DNA of 64,000 nt from Chloroflexota bacterium (GTDB lineage: Bacteria > Chloroflexota > Anaerolineae > Anaerolineales > UBA11858), in the NCBI GenBank assembly GCA_018648225.1, contig JABGRQ010000199.1, positions 6,606 to 70,605 on the forward strand. The letters run 5' to 3'. Both the position numbers and the translations under genes were made by a program. Below the pieces are notes generated by a model that had not been told where the DNA came from, searched no databases, and worked only from the letters and a program-made list of their open reading frames with translations. Shown in pieces: positions 37,434 to 46,443 of this stretch (position 1 is its first letter; each line of letters begins with the position of its first letter).

Positions 37434-40052
37434 TTACGGAATGTCGTCGCAAGATAGCTCAGACGACGAGCGCAGGGTAGTATACCCGTCTTCGTTGTGC
37501 AGGACAACCAGCCGGGCCGAGATGTAGTCATCGGCGCGGCAACCCAGGACGAGGACATCGGCAGCGTGGGGAAAGTAAGCTGGGGCTTCGTCGAGGGGCA
37601 TGACAATATTGGCGTGCGAGACCGTCAACAGAACAAAGCCCAAACGGCGATAATCACGCGGCGAGAAAGCCGTCCATTCGTTGCCGGGTTCGCCTTCGTT
37701 GGGCAGGTAAAAGCGCGGGTAGAGGGCACGCCCTTCTAGCAATGTAGCGCGCTCGTCTTCGAGCAAGGCTTCCACCGAGGGGAGAATCGGCTCGATTTCG
37801 GAGATCAACTCGAAAGTCGTGCGAATATCCGCCGGGAAAGGAGAATCAAGCCGAGGGATGAGGGCTTCCATCATTAACGGACTAAATCCCAGAGCCAGAA
37901 AAATCAATCCAAGAAAAATGGTTGAAGGTTGAAGGGTATAGGTTGAAATGCGTCGGACGTTCGATGCTGGATATCTGACAAAAGCGCCGGGGTCGCGCTG
38001 AATATAGAACCGCAGCCAAACGGCACCCTGACCCAAACCAATCGAGAGATATAGCAGCACCACCCAGTCGGCGGGGAGCAGCAGCCGCCAGCCGGAGTAG
38101 CGGCCCACGGCGGTGCTGAGGATATAAATCAGCGCCACGCCCAACGGCAACCAACCGATAAGTTGATTTCGACGAAAGGCCGCGCTCAGGCCAAGCGCCA
38201 GCATCCCCAAATTGAGGGCCAGCATGAGGGTGTTTTCAGTGGTGAGTGCGTCTTTCCAACCCTCCCAAAAGGGCTGAGCGCCAACATAGGCTTTAGGAGA
38301 GCAACAATCATCCCACAGATCGTCGGCTTGCGTGCGCCAGTAGGGGAATAGGTCACTCTCGGCGGCCTGCACGACCCAAGGAGAGAGCGGCAGGGCAAGC
38401 AGGGCTTCGACCCAATTATGGGCAAAATGGCGCGTAATGAATGTAGTCACGTAACCAGGGTTAGCGCGCACAAATCCGGAGAGATAGGCATCCACGCGTT
38501 GGGCAAATTCAGCGTCGCTTTCGCCAGAGTTGCGTACAATGCGGCTCTCTCCAGGTGTAAGGCTGTACTGTTGGGTCAGGAAGGCGTTTTGGGATGGATC
38601 ATTAAGGGAAAATTGGCCGATGAGTTGATAGCTGCGCCACAACCAGGGGAGCAGGGTGAGCGTCAGACCAAGAATGAAGAATGCTGAATGCTGAATGCTG
38701 AATGCTGAATGGCGGGTGGCGGGCGACGAAGGTTGAAGGTTAAAGGTTGAAGGTCGAAGGGATACAAGCAGAATAAGCACGATCAGCGCCGGAATGAAAA
38801 CAACGATCTGCGGGCGGACGAGCAGGAGCAAGCCAAGCACACCGCCAATGGCGAGGGGTGCGGCACGACGGCGATCGGGCTGGCGCAGCCAGTAGACGAT
38901 GATGGCGGTCAGCAGCACCACACCGAGCGTGGCGGGCAGGTCGGACATGAGCAATTTGGCATTAGAAACGCCGATGGTACCGGAAAGCATGAGGGCGTTG
39001 CGCTCGCGCAGAATAATCAGTGCGGCGGCAATTACCCCGGAGACGCGCAAATGCAACGTTTTCGTAATCCAATAGAGGCCAACCGGCAGCAAAGCGAGCA
39101 CCATCATTTGCAAGCGGGCAATCTGGGCATAATCTTCCCCGGCGAGCCAATGCAGCCACGTCAGAAAAACCGAATAGAGCGGCTTACGAGCGACACCGTC
39201 AAAACCATCACCCATCAGCAAACGTTGGGCGGCGATGTCGTGCATGGTCGCGTCGGAGTGGGGATAATATGCGAAGTTCGGCGGCTGCGGCGCGGGGGCA
39301 AAATAGTCGGCGCGCATGGGTTGTTGATTCCAAAGGAAGGCAGCCACACCCCAAATAAGGAGACTGATAAAAATATCGAAGAGTAAGGGTTTGGGGAGAT
39401 TTTCCGTTGGCAAAGCCAGCCAGACAAATGCCACCAGCCATACCAACCCAACGGATGCAACCGTCAGCGGAACCCCCGGAGGGTCCCAGCCAATGGCATC
39501 GGGCTTCACCCCGAGACCGGTGAGGGCAACGATGGCCCAAATGAAGAGAAGCAGGCCAAAGATGATGCCACCAAGGCGTACTACTTTGCCATCTAGAAAA
39601 TCAACCCATCCGTGACGCAGCAGAGGGAGGATGATTAGGTTTTGCAGGCTGAACGTGGTGACAAGAAGAAACAGAGGTACCAAACGAGTCAGAAGGCCAC
39701 CTATGTAGGGATCGGCAACAATGTGTGCAAGATGCCAGAGTTGAGAACCAAACATAAATCCGAGCAATGAGCCGAACAACGCAAGCCCGTAAAGCCAGCG
39801 ATTGCTTACCCATGTAAGAATGCGCTCACGCAAAGATGATGAACGACGCACAAGCACAGCGGTGCAGGCCACGACAAGTACCCATAAGAGTAAGGCGATG
39901 GCCAGCAATGCGCGGGTTTTAGAAATGCCTAAAATCCAGGCGCTGGCGGCTTCGCTGGGTTGGGCAAAGAGCAGCACCAGCGCGGCCAATGCACCCGCCG
40001 CAGCGATCCAGAAGTAGATTTGAAGTAGCGTTGAAGAAGAAAGTTTTTTCAT
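37434..40052 (-). CDS. large polytopic GT-C-like membrane protein (paralog A1)
   Basis: ~872 aa. Loop YPHSDATMHDIAAQRLLMGDGFDGVARKPLYSVFL (acidic loop plus RKPLY box). About 50 percent identical by eye to the 40141-42762 product. Confidence 0.55.
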   Translation of the reverse strand: MKKLSSSTLLQIYFWIAAAGALAALVLLFAQPSEAASAWILGISKTRALLAIALLLWVLVVACTAVLVRRSSSLRERILTWVSNRWLYGLALFGSLLGFMFGSQLWHLAHIVADPYIGGLLTRLVPLFLLVTTFSLQNLIILPLLRHGWVDFLDGKVVRLGGIIFGLLLFIWAIVALTGLGVKPDAIGWDPPGVPLTVASVGLVWLVAFVWLALPTENLPKPLLFDIFISLLIWGVAAFLWNQQPMRADYFAPAPQPPNFAYYPHSDATMHDIAAQRLLMGDGFDGVARKPLYSVFLTWLHWLAGEDYAQIARLQMMVLALLPVGLYWITKTLHLRVSGVIAAALIILRERNALMLSGTIGVSNAKLLMSDLPATLGVVLLTAIIVYWLRQPDRRRAAPLAIGGVLGLLLLVRPQIVVFIPALIVLILLVSLRPSTFNLQPSSPATRHSAFSIQHSAFFILGLTLTLLPWLWRSYQLIGQFSLNDPSQNAFLTQQYSLTPGESRIVRNSGESDAEFAQRVDAYLSGFVRANPGYVTTFITRHFAHNWVEALLALPLSPWVVQAAESDLFPYWRTQADDLWDDCCSPKAYVGAQPFWEGWKDALTTENTLMLALNLGMLALGLSAAFRRNQLIGWLPLGVALIYILSTAVGRYSGWRLLLPADWVVLLYLSIGLGQGAVWLRFYIQRDPGAFVRYPASNVRRISTYTLQPSTIFLGLIFLALGFSPLMMEALIPRLDSPFPADIRTTFELISEIEPILPSVEALLEDERATLLEGRALYPRFYLPNEGEPGNEWTAFSPRDYRRLGFVLLTVSHANIVMPLDEAPAYFPHAADVLVLGCRADDYISARLVVLHNEDGYTTLRSSSELSCDDIP
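37920..37948. repeat. S-family units in frame inside CDS
   Basis: GGTTGAAGGTTGAAGGGTATAGGTTGAAA encodes ISTYTLQPST. Confidence 0.7.
38672..38761. repeat. T-family and S-family heptamer tracts in frame inside CDS
   Basis: GAATGAA (GAATGCT)x4 GAATGGC, a 15-nt spacer, then CGAAGGTTGAAGGTTAAAGGTTGAAGGTCGAAGG. Encodes PSTFNLQPSSPATRHSAFSIQHSAFF. Confidence 0.85.
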
Positions 40053-40061
40053 CAAAAAATA

Positions 40062-40119
40062 CTGCAAAGACACCAAGACTCAAAGCTATTTTTCTTGGTG
40101 TCTGTGCATCTTCGTGGTG
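40062..40119. repeat. R-family composite hairpin, copy 8 (degenerate)
   Basis: CTGCAAAGACACCAAGACTCAAAG CTATTTTT CTTGGTGTCTGTGCATCTTCGTGGTG. Confidence 0.8.
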
Positions 40120-40140
40120 AAATTTTTGTCTTTTTGTCCA

Positions 40141-42762
40141 TTATCGAAAGACCGGGCATAGGGCTTCAATTTCAGCCGAAGCCGTGTAAAGTTGTTCGCG
40201 CTTATCGTGCACATATACCGCCAGAGCGTAGACAACGTCATCTGCTTCGCAGCCGATGAGAGTCACGTCAGTCGCGTTGGGGAAATAGTCCGGTGAGGTT
40301 TCATGCAGAAGTATGATTTGAGCATCATTCGGGCCGACTAATGTAAAGCCTAAACGGGGAAAATCTCTGGGGATATAAGCGCTCCACCCTTCGCCGGATT
40401 CGCCAAAACCAGTTTCGTAGTAACGGGGATATAGGGCGCGTCCCTGTAGGATAACGATCTCATCCTTTTCCAGACTCTGCTGGAGGGTAGGCTCATCCAG
40501 TGCAGGAAATTCTTCGAAGAAATTCATCTCTTCAAGTAGGGCAACCCGCTCTGAGGTCGAAAGTGCCGCGTAGTGCTGGGGAATCAAATTTTCCACCATC
40601 AATGGAGAAATCCCAAAACTCAGTAAAATTATCCCAATCGCCATATTCAGCTTCCAAGCGCTTCGATAGTTGCTTTTGACAGGTTGAACACTTTCTTCGA
40701 TCCAATCAGAGCTGTTCACACTCGATAAATACTCAAAAAGCCAAATTGTCACTTGGGCGATACCGATGGCAAGGTATACAAACTCTACCCAGTGAATAGG
40801 TGTGACAAAACGCCAGCCGGAGCGGCGCGCAACTGCCGTGCTCAGGCTGTAAGCAAGGCTCATAACGAGGGGGATCAGGCCAACAATGCCATATTGCGCC
40901 CAGGCCGCACCCAGGCCAATGGCGATCAGCGCCAGGTTTGCGCCCAGCATAGCCACCATGATGGGCGGCAAATGCCCATTCCATCCCGACCAAAACGGCA
41001 TTTGGGCAACATACTGGTTGACCGTGCAGCAATCTTCCCAAAGGCGCTGTAAATCGCCTGTTTTTGCGTTGAAGGCGACCATGTTGGGGTCTTGCAGATA
41101 CCACGGCGTGAGGGGCAGGGTGAACAGTAGCCCCAATTCGTTATTCAAAAAATGCGCCAGCACAAAATCAACCACAACGCCGGGATGGCTGAGCGTAAAA
41201 TCGCGCATATAGGCGTTGGCGCGCGCAACATATTGTTTTTCGGTTTCACCGGGCAGGCGCGTGAACTCGATTTGACCGATTTCTTCGGTGTACAATTCGG
41301 CGTGAAAAACAACCTGCGCAGGCTCGTTGAGCGTAAATTGCCCCGTCAACTGATAACTGCGCCACATCCAGGGGAAAATGACGAGCATCAGCCCCAGCGC
41401 AAACAAGCCTGCCGGGGCAATGGCCGCACGCCATTTACGATAAAACGCAACCGCAATCGCCCCAAGCACCACGGGCAGCAAAAAAATGCTGTTCGAGCGG
41501 ATCATCACCGTAATGCCAAAAACACCCCCGGCCAGCAGCGGGAACCAGCGCCAGCGCTCCGGGTTTTGCAGCCAGCGCATCACCAGCCACGACAACAAAA
41601 CCACGCCAAACGCGGCAAACATATCCGGCATCATTAGCTTCGAGTTGGAAACCCGAATATCCGCAGAAAGCGCAATGGCATTTTTCTCTTGCAAAATGAA
41701 CAACAGCGCGGCAATCGTCCCCGTAAAACGCCAGTGCAGCGATTTTGTCAGCCAATACACCATCACCGGGAGCATGGCCAAAAACAAAATTTGCAAATTG
41801 ACAATGGCGTTATAGCTATCGCCCACAACCGCGTGCGCAAAAACCAAAAACAACACATAAAAAGGCTTGCGATCAATACCCGAAAACCCTTCGCCCACCA
41901 GCACCCGGTGCGCGCCGCTATCATACATAGCCGCATCCGAGTAAGGATACAACTCAGCGTTTGGCGGTCGTTCCATCGGGGCATAAAAAGCCCTGTCCAG
42001 CGGGACATTGCGCCACAAATAGAATGCGGCCAAAAAAAGTACCAGACTGAGAAGAATATCAAAAAAACGGGTTAAAAGTTCGGATTTCTGGTTGGAGAGA
42101 GACCATTCTGCAAAAAAGATGAACATCCCCAAAAGCCCGGCGATAGCAATCTGGATGGAAACGAGCGGCGCTCCGGGTGGGTCCCAGGCGAAAGCATCGG
42201 GCTTAATCCCCAGGCCGGTTGCAGCAATCATGCCCCACAGTAGAAGCAACACACCAAAAATACCCGCACTCCAACGAAAAACGCGCTTTTGTCCATCACT
42301 CCACACCTGACGATCTTCATAGCGCAAAACAGGCAATATAAAAATGAATTGCCAACTCATCACCCCGCCCCAGGCGATCAGCGGAACCAGACGCGTCAAC
42401 ACGCCATGCAGAAATTCATCGGTGAGTGTGCCGGAGAGCCATAACAGATGACCAGCAATAACGCCACCGAGCAGGAAAAAGAACACTGTCGGATAGTAAA
42501 ATTCACCACGCTGAGCAAGAGATTGCAGAGGCGTGAGGGTTTCTGGTTTGCGCCAGAAGGTAAATGCGACCAACACAAAAACGGCGATCCCGGCTAGCAG
42601 CATAGTCGCCAACGCAAAGCGCGTTTTTGAAAGCCCTAAGAGCCAGGCATTTTGCACGTCGCCGGGGATGCGCAGCAAGTAAATGAGCGCGGCAACCCCC
42701 TCGAGGGCAAAAATGCTGGCGAAGATGCTGATGGTTTTATTGCGCCCACCGATTTGGTTCAT
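40141..42762 (-). CDS. large polytopic GT-C-like membrane protein (paralog A2)
   Basis: ~873 aa. YPYSDAAMYDSGAHRVLVGEGFSGIDRKPFYVLFL. Shares PWMWRSYQLTGQFTLNEP and LWEDCC motifs with A1. Confidence 0.55.
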   Translation of the reverse strand: MNQIGGRNKTISIFASIFALEGVAALIYLLRIPGDVQNAWLLGLSKTRFALATMLLAGIAVFVLVAFTFWRKPETLTPLQSLAQRGEFYYPTVFFFLLGGVIAGHLLWLSGTLTDEFLHGVLTRLVPLIAWGGVMSWQFIFILPVLRYEDRQVWSDGQKRVFRWSAGIFGVLLLLWGMIAATGLGIKPDAFAWDPPGAPLVSIQIAIAGLLGMFIFFAEWSLSNQKSELLTRFFDILLSLVLFLAAFYLWRNVPLDRAFYAPMERPPNAELYPYSDAAMYDSGAHRVLVGEGFSGIDRKPFYVLFLVFAHAVVGDSYNAIVNLQILFLAMLPVMVYWLTKSLHWRFTGTIAALLFILQEKNAIALSADIRVSNSKLMMPDMFAAFGVVLLSWLVMRWLQNPERWRWFPLLAGGVFGITVMIRSNSIFLLPVVLGAIAVAFYRKWRAAIAPAGLFALGLMLVIFPWMWRSYQLTGQFTLNEPAQVVFHAELYTEEIGQIEFTRLPGETEKQYVARANAYMRDFTLSHPGVVVDFVLAHFLNNELGLLFTLPLTPWYLQDPNMVAFNAKTGDLQRLWEDCCTVNQYVAQMPFWSGWNGHLPPIMVAMLGANLALIAIGLGAAWAQYGIVGLIPLVMSLAYSLSTAVARRSGWRFVTPIHWVEFVYLAIGIAQVTIWLFEYLSSVNSSDWIEESVQPVKSNYRSAWKLNMAIGIILLSFGISPLMVENLIPQHYAALSTSERVALLEEMNFFEEFPALDEPTLQQSLEKDEIVILQGRALYPRYYETGFGESGEGWSAYIPRDFPRLGFTLVGPNDAQIILLHETSPDYFPNATDVTLIGCEADDVVYALAVYVHDKREQLYTASAEIEALCPVFR

Positions 42763-42783
42763 CAAAAATCTCCAGAAAAATAT

Positions 42784-42861
42784 AACCACAAAAGGTACGA
42801 AGACACAAAGGAATGCAGCTATTTACCGATGTCAACTTCGAGTTTTGGTGTCTTGATGGTG
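42784..42861. repeat. R-family composite hairpin, copy 9 (degenerate)
   Basis: AACCACAAAAGGTACGAAGACACAAAGG - loop - CTTCGAGTTTTGGTGTCTTGATGGTG. Confidence 0.8.
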
Positions 42862-42868
42862 AAGATCA

Positions 42869-45076
42869 TTACGGATAATACGAACAATCGCCAATCTCTT
42901 CACGCGGGACAAAGAACCAGACATGCGTCTTGTCTTTCGAGTATTTAGGTTTATAGTAACAGTACAACGGTTCTGTAACCCACTGTACCCAGGTATCGTT
43001 CTCAGCATCCCATTGCTCTTCTTCGCGAGAGTAACGGATGCGCTGCGGATCAGTGATAATCAGGCCGAAGCGCTGCTCGGCGAGATCGCGGTAAAACGGC
43101 ATCAAATATTCCATATCTTGCGCCAGAGCGCGATCCATGACCTGTTTTTTTTCATATTCCGGCACCAGAGGAATATCCACCACGCCGAAGGTAATCAGTT
43201 GACGTTGATCCATAAAGAGGACTTCGCCGCCTTGCGCGACCACATGCTCGGATTCAGTGATGAGCAAGTCGATGGTGTGATCGACATACTGCTGCTCGGG
43301 GAGTTCTAGCGGCATGGCATCCATGAGGGGTAAGAAGGCGGGAATCAAAGCCAGGAATAAAAAGAGTATCTTGACTCCCGAGGTTTGTTCCTGCAAATTC
43401 GCGAGAATCTGTCCGCCGCCACGTTCCCACGCCGCCGCGGCAACAAAGACCAGACTAACAAGGAATATATCCAGGTTGTGCAGGTTGCTGCCACCGCCAA
43501 TTTTAACGCTAATAATCAGCCCGATGCCCAAAAAGCCCAGCAACCCGCCAGCTACGGCCAGTTTTTGCCAGATGTTGAGCTGCCAATTTGGACGCGGATC
43601 AACGCGGACACTTGCGCCTGCGGTGTCAAGTGCAGGTGTGAACGCGGATTTTTTGTCATGTATCCTGCGTTTATCTGTGTTTATCTGTGGTTCTTTATTT
43701 TGTGACTGTATTGCCAAGTAAATCAATAAAATGACAAGCGGCAAAACGGCTAATGCCAATTCTAAAACGATGCCCAACCCGTTGGTGGGGTTGGGCCACA
43801 GGCGCTCCCAGAGCAAGGGCTGATCAGTGAGAAAGGAATTGCTGCCGCTGCTGACGGCTTCGACCGTGTCGGCGGTATCGGTGAAAATTGCCGCGGGGGC
43901 AGGCATCGGCAAGTTGACCTGCACCCCACCCTGAGCTGCGTTCGCCAATCCCAGTTGTCGCGAGATGCGCTCCCAGCCGCGTTTAATTCCCACGCCGCCA
44001 AATAATCCCGCCAAACCATATAATCCAACCTGCAGCCATGAACGCCAGGGCATACGCTCGCCGGGGGATGTTTCATCATCGAGCAAGGCTACCAACACTG
44101 CCCAAACTGCCGGGGCAATCATCCAGGTCAGGCGGCTGAGTTGAGCATAATATCCGGCCAGATAAATCAGGGGCAGGGCAATCCATAACGCTTTGCGGCG
44201 CGCTCCGGCGACGAGAATGGCGCTCAGAACGAGGGGGGTGTAAATGGGGCCTTGATAGAGGAACAGGAAGAGCCACACGCCCGCCCAGGACCAATCTTTG
44301 CGGAGGGCGGGGAGCGCGCGCAACGCTAACCAACCCAGAAACAGATACGGCACAGTGAAAACCAACGCCGACCACAGACGCACGCCTTCAAGCGTCACGC
44401 CGCCAAATAAGAAAGGCAACCCCCACAATGACTGCCGCCCAATATCAATATACGCTTCGAAACGCTGATTGAGCGGATAATCGTAGAAGCGTCGCCCGTA
44501 AAGCCAGGAATAATCCCAGATGCGGTTGCCCTCCGACCAGGTTAATGAGAGGGGGTAATCAACCACGGTGACGAACTCGACAGCGAAGACAATCACCGCG
44601 CCCACAGCGACAAAACTTAGCATCAAAGGCCGCCAACGGATCAGATGACGCGGATGACGTGTGGCAAATAGCGCCATCGCCAGCCCTACAGCTATCAGGA
44701 AGGCCAGCCGAAAGGCCGCACCGGTGATTTTATAGCCAAGCGGGGTGTAGAGAAAAATTTTAGCGGGCAGAAAGGCCAGCGCGGCGAAAAACAGCCAGCG
44801 CAGGGGGCCAAGTTTGTCACGGCTGCGCGCCAGTGCCACCACAAGGTCATCGGTTTTCTGTGGCAGCCATAAACTTGTCAGACCCAACGCCACCGCCAAC
44901 GTGCCAAAGAGCATCATCCCGGCCAGCGGCAGGCCCCAGGTGATGGTGAATTTGCCGATCCAGTTCTGCGTGCCTTCAACGACTGCGTAGAAATCGCTCC
45001 CGGCAAAAACCAGCAAGAGCAACACGGCAAACGTAACCAGTAAACGCGCCATCAACGCGCGATCAAATGGCTTCAT
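42869..45076 (-). CDS. polytopic membrane protein with C-terminal soluble domain (paralog B1), putative membrane glycosyltransferase
   Basis: 735 aa. LSLTWSEGNRIWDY loop, SVKIGGGSNLHNLD motif, and a C-terminal GGEVLFMDQRQLITFG...RFGLIITDP domain shared with 58792-60852. Confidence 0.45.
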   Translation of the reverse strand: MKPFDRALMARLLVTFAVLLLLVFAGSDFYAVVEGTQNWIGKFTITWGLPLAGMMLFGTLAVALGLTSLWLPQKTDDLVVALARSRDKLGPLRWLFFAALAFLPAKIFLYTPLGYKITGAAFRLAFLIAVGLAMALFATRHPRHLIRWRPLMLSFVAVGAVIVFAVEFVTVVDYPLSLTWSEGNRIWDYSWLYGRRFYDYPLNQRFEAYIDIGRQSLWGLPFLFGGVTLEGVRLWSALVFTVPYLFLGWLALRALPALRKDWSWAGVWLFLFLYQGPIYTPLVLSAILVAGARRKALWIALPLIYLAGYYAQLSRLTWMIAPAVWAVLVALLDDETSPGERMPWRSWLQVGLYGLAGLFGGVGIKRGWERISRQLGLANAAQGGVQVNLPMPAPAAIFTDTADTVEAVSSGSNSFLTDQPLLWERLWPNPTNGLGIVLELALAVLPLVILLIYLAIQSQNKEPQINTDKRRIHDKKSAFTPALDTAGASVRVDPRPNWQLNIWQKLAVAGGLLGFLGIGLIISVKIGGGSNLHNLDIFLVSLVFVAAAAWERGGGQILANLQEQTSGVKILFLFLALIPAFLPLMDAMPLELPEQQYVDHTIDLLITESEHVVAQGGEVLFMDQRQLITFGVVDIPLVPEYEKKQVMDRALAQDMEYLMPFYRDLAEQRFGLIITDPQRIRYSREEEQWDAENDTWVQWVTEPLYCYYKPKYSKDKTHVWFFVPREEIGDCSYYP
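43590..43690. repeat. complete U-family element in frame inside CDS
   Basis: Minus strand: CCACAGATAAACACAGATAAACGCAGGAT...AAAAAATCCGCGTTCAC...GTCCGCGTTGATCCGCGTCC. Encodes PQINTDKRRIHDKKSAFTPALDTAGASVRVDPRP. Confidence 0.8.
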
Positions 45077-45096
45077 GCGGCACCACAGCGAAATTT

Positions 45097-45175
45097 AACA
45101 CATAGGCGCAAGGAAACCAAGCTGCAAAGTTTCTTTTTTATTCTTTGCGTCCCTGCACCTTTGCGACTTTGCGTT
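45097..45175. repeat. Q-family composite hairpin, copy 3
   Basis: AACACATAGGCGCAAGGAAACCAAGCTGCAAAG - loop - CTTTGCGTCCCTGCACCTTTGCGACTTTGCGTT. Confidence 0.8.
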
Positions 45176-45181
45176 AGATTT

Positions 45182-46339
45182 TTAGAGTATGCCATCTTGA
45201 TACAATCGCAAAAATAATGCTTCATAATCCGAACACATCCGCTCCAGGGTGTAGTGTGTCAGCACCAGGCGGCGACCCTCTGCAGCCAGCCCCTCTCGCA
45301 GCGCGGTATCACTCAGCAATCTCGCCAATGCAGACGCCAGCGATTGTACCTCACCCGGCGCAGGCAACAACCCATGCCGCCCATCTTCGACCACGCTGGC
45401 AATTCCCTCTAACGCAGTAGCCACCACCGGAAGCCCCATGCCCATCGCTTCCAGCAACGCCATTGGCAAGCCTTCAGAGAGCGAGGGCAGCACGAAAATA
45501 TCCGCAGCGTGCAACAGGGCGTAAACATCATCACGCGTGCCTAAAAAGCGCAGCGATTTTTCGATACCAATTTTTTTGGCCTGATTTTTTAAAGCTGGAT
45601 GGAGAGGTCCATCGCCAACCAGAGCAAATACCGCCCGAGGATGCGATTCCAGCACCGCGGGAATAGCCTCCAGGAGAATCGAATGCCCTTTTTGGTGGGT
45701 CTGCCGTCCCACAGTGATGATCAATTCCGAGGTTGAATCCAGTTCGAGCGTGTCCCGAAGGGTTTGCCGCTTCTCGAGGATAAACGTCTCAGCCCCAGGG
45801 ATTTGCACCCCGTTGGGAATCAGAATCACCTTTTCGGGCCGCGTGCGCTCCACCGCCAACGTCAATTGCTGCACCCGCGTCGAGACCGCCACCAACGCCG
45901 ATACCATCCGGGAATTAATCATCATCCCGTGCAGGCGCTCCACCAACGGCGAGATATTCTCAATCAATCCGTGATGTGATCCCACCCGCACCGGAACGCG
46001 TGCAAAAAAGGCCAGCGGCAAGCCGAGCAAATTGCTGTCCGGGGTGAAGGTCTCGATGATGTCGAACCGCTCCCGGCGCAGTAAACGCCACAGATTCAGC
46101 AGTCCGCGCAACAAACCCGCAACACCGCCGCGGGCCGAGCCCGGCTCACGGGTGCGTAAATCCACCACAGGGAAAGGATATTGGGCTTCCCAGGCAGCGC
46201 GCAAATTATCTTTATCGTAAAAAAAGGCTACCGTCACCCGATAGCCGCGCGCGTGAAACCATTCGGCCTGAGTCAGCAACACGCGCTGCGCCCCGCCAAT
46301 AGTCATTTGTGTGCCCAAGAATAGAATCGATAAGGTCAT
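45182..46339 (-). CDS. family 4 (GT-B) glycosyltransferase
   Basis: MTLSILFLGTQMTIGGAQRV...PSLSEGLPMALLEAMGMGLPVVAT. Start at the internal ATG downstream of repeat Q4. Confidence 0.8.
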   Translation of the reverse strand: MTLSILFLGTQMTIGGAQRVLLTQAEWFHARGYRVTVAFFYDKDNLRAAWEAQYPFPVVDLRTREPGSARGGVAGLLRGLLNLWRLLRRERFDIIETFTPDSNLLGLPLAFFARVPVRVGSHHGLIENISPLVERLHGMMINSRMVSALVAVSTRVQQLTLAVERTRPEKVILIPNGVQIPGAETFILEKRQTLRDTLELDSTSELIITVGRQTHQKGHSILLEAIPAVLESHPRAVFALVGDGPLHPALKNQAKKIGIEKSLRFLGTRDDVYALLHAADIFVLPSLSEGLPMALLEAMGMGLPVVATALEGIASVVEDGRHGLLPAPGEVQSLASALARLLSDTALREGLAAEGRRLVLTHYTLERMCSDYEALFLRLYQDGIL

Positions 46340-46352
46340 AGCCAAAAATTTT

Positions 46353-46440
46353 AACGTAAAGGCGCAAGGGAGCAAAGCTTTTTGATGTTTTTTGCGTCCT
46401 GCCTTCTTTGCGACACCCATGCCCTTTAGGGTATTGCGTT
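46353..46440. repeat. Q-family composite hairpin, copy 4 (22-nt box in opposite orientation)
   Basis: AACGTAAAGGCGCAAGGGAGCAAAG ... ATGCCCTTTAGGGTATTGCGTT. Confidence 0.8.
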
Positions 46441-46443
46441 AAA

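Noticed and set aside
37434-42762. Calling the 872/873-aa proteins STT3/PglB-type oligosaccharyltransferases, because the first-loop motif SDA(T/A)M(H/Y)D..A....G resembles the PglB NDGYAFAEGARDMIAG.
   Set aside because: There is no WWDYG-like motif. LW(D/E)DCC is followed by further transmembrane segments, which does not fit OST topology. They are kept as generic GT-C-like.
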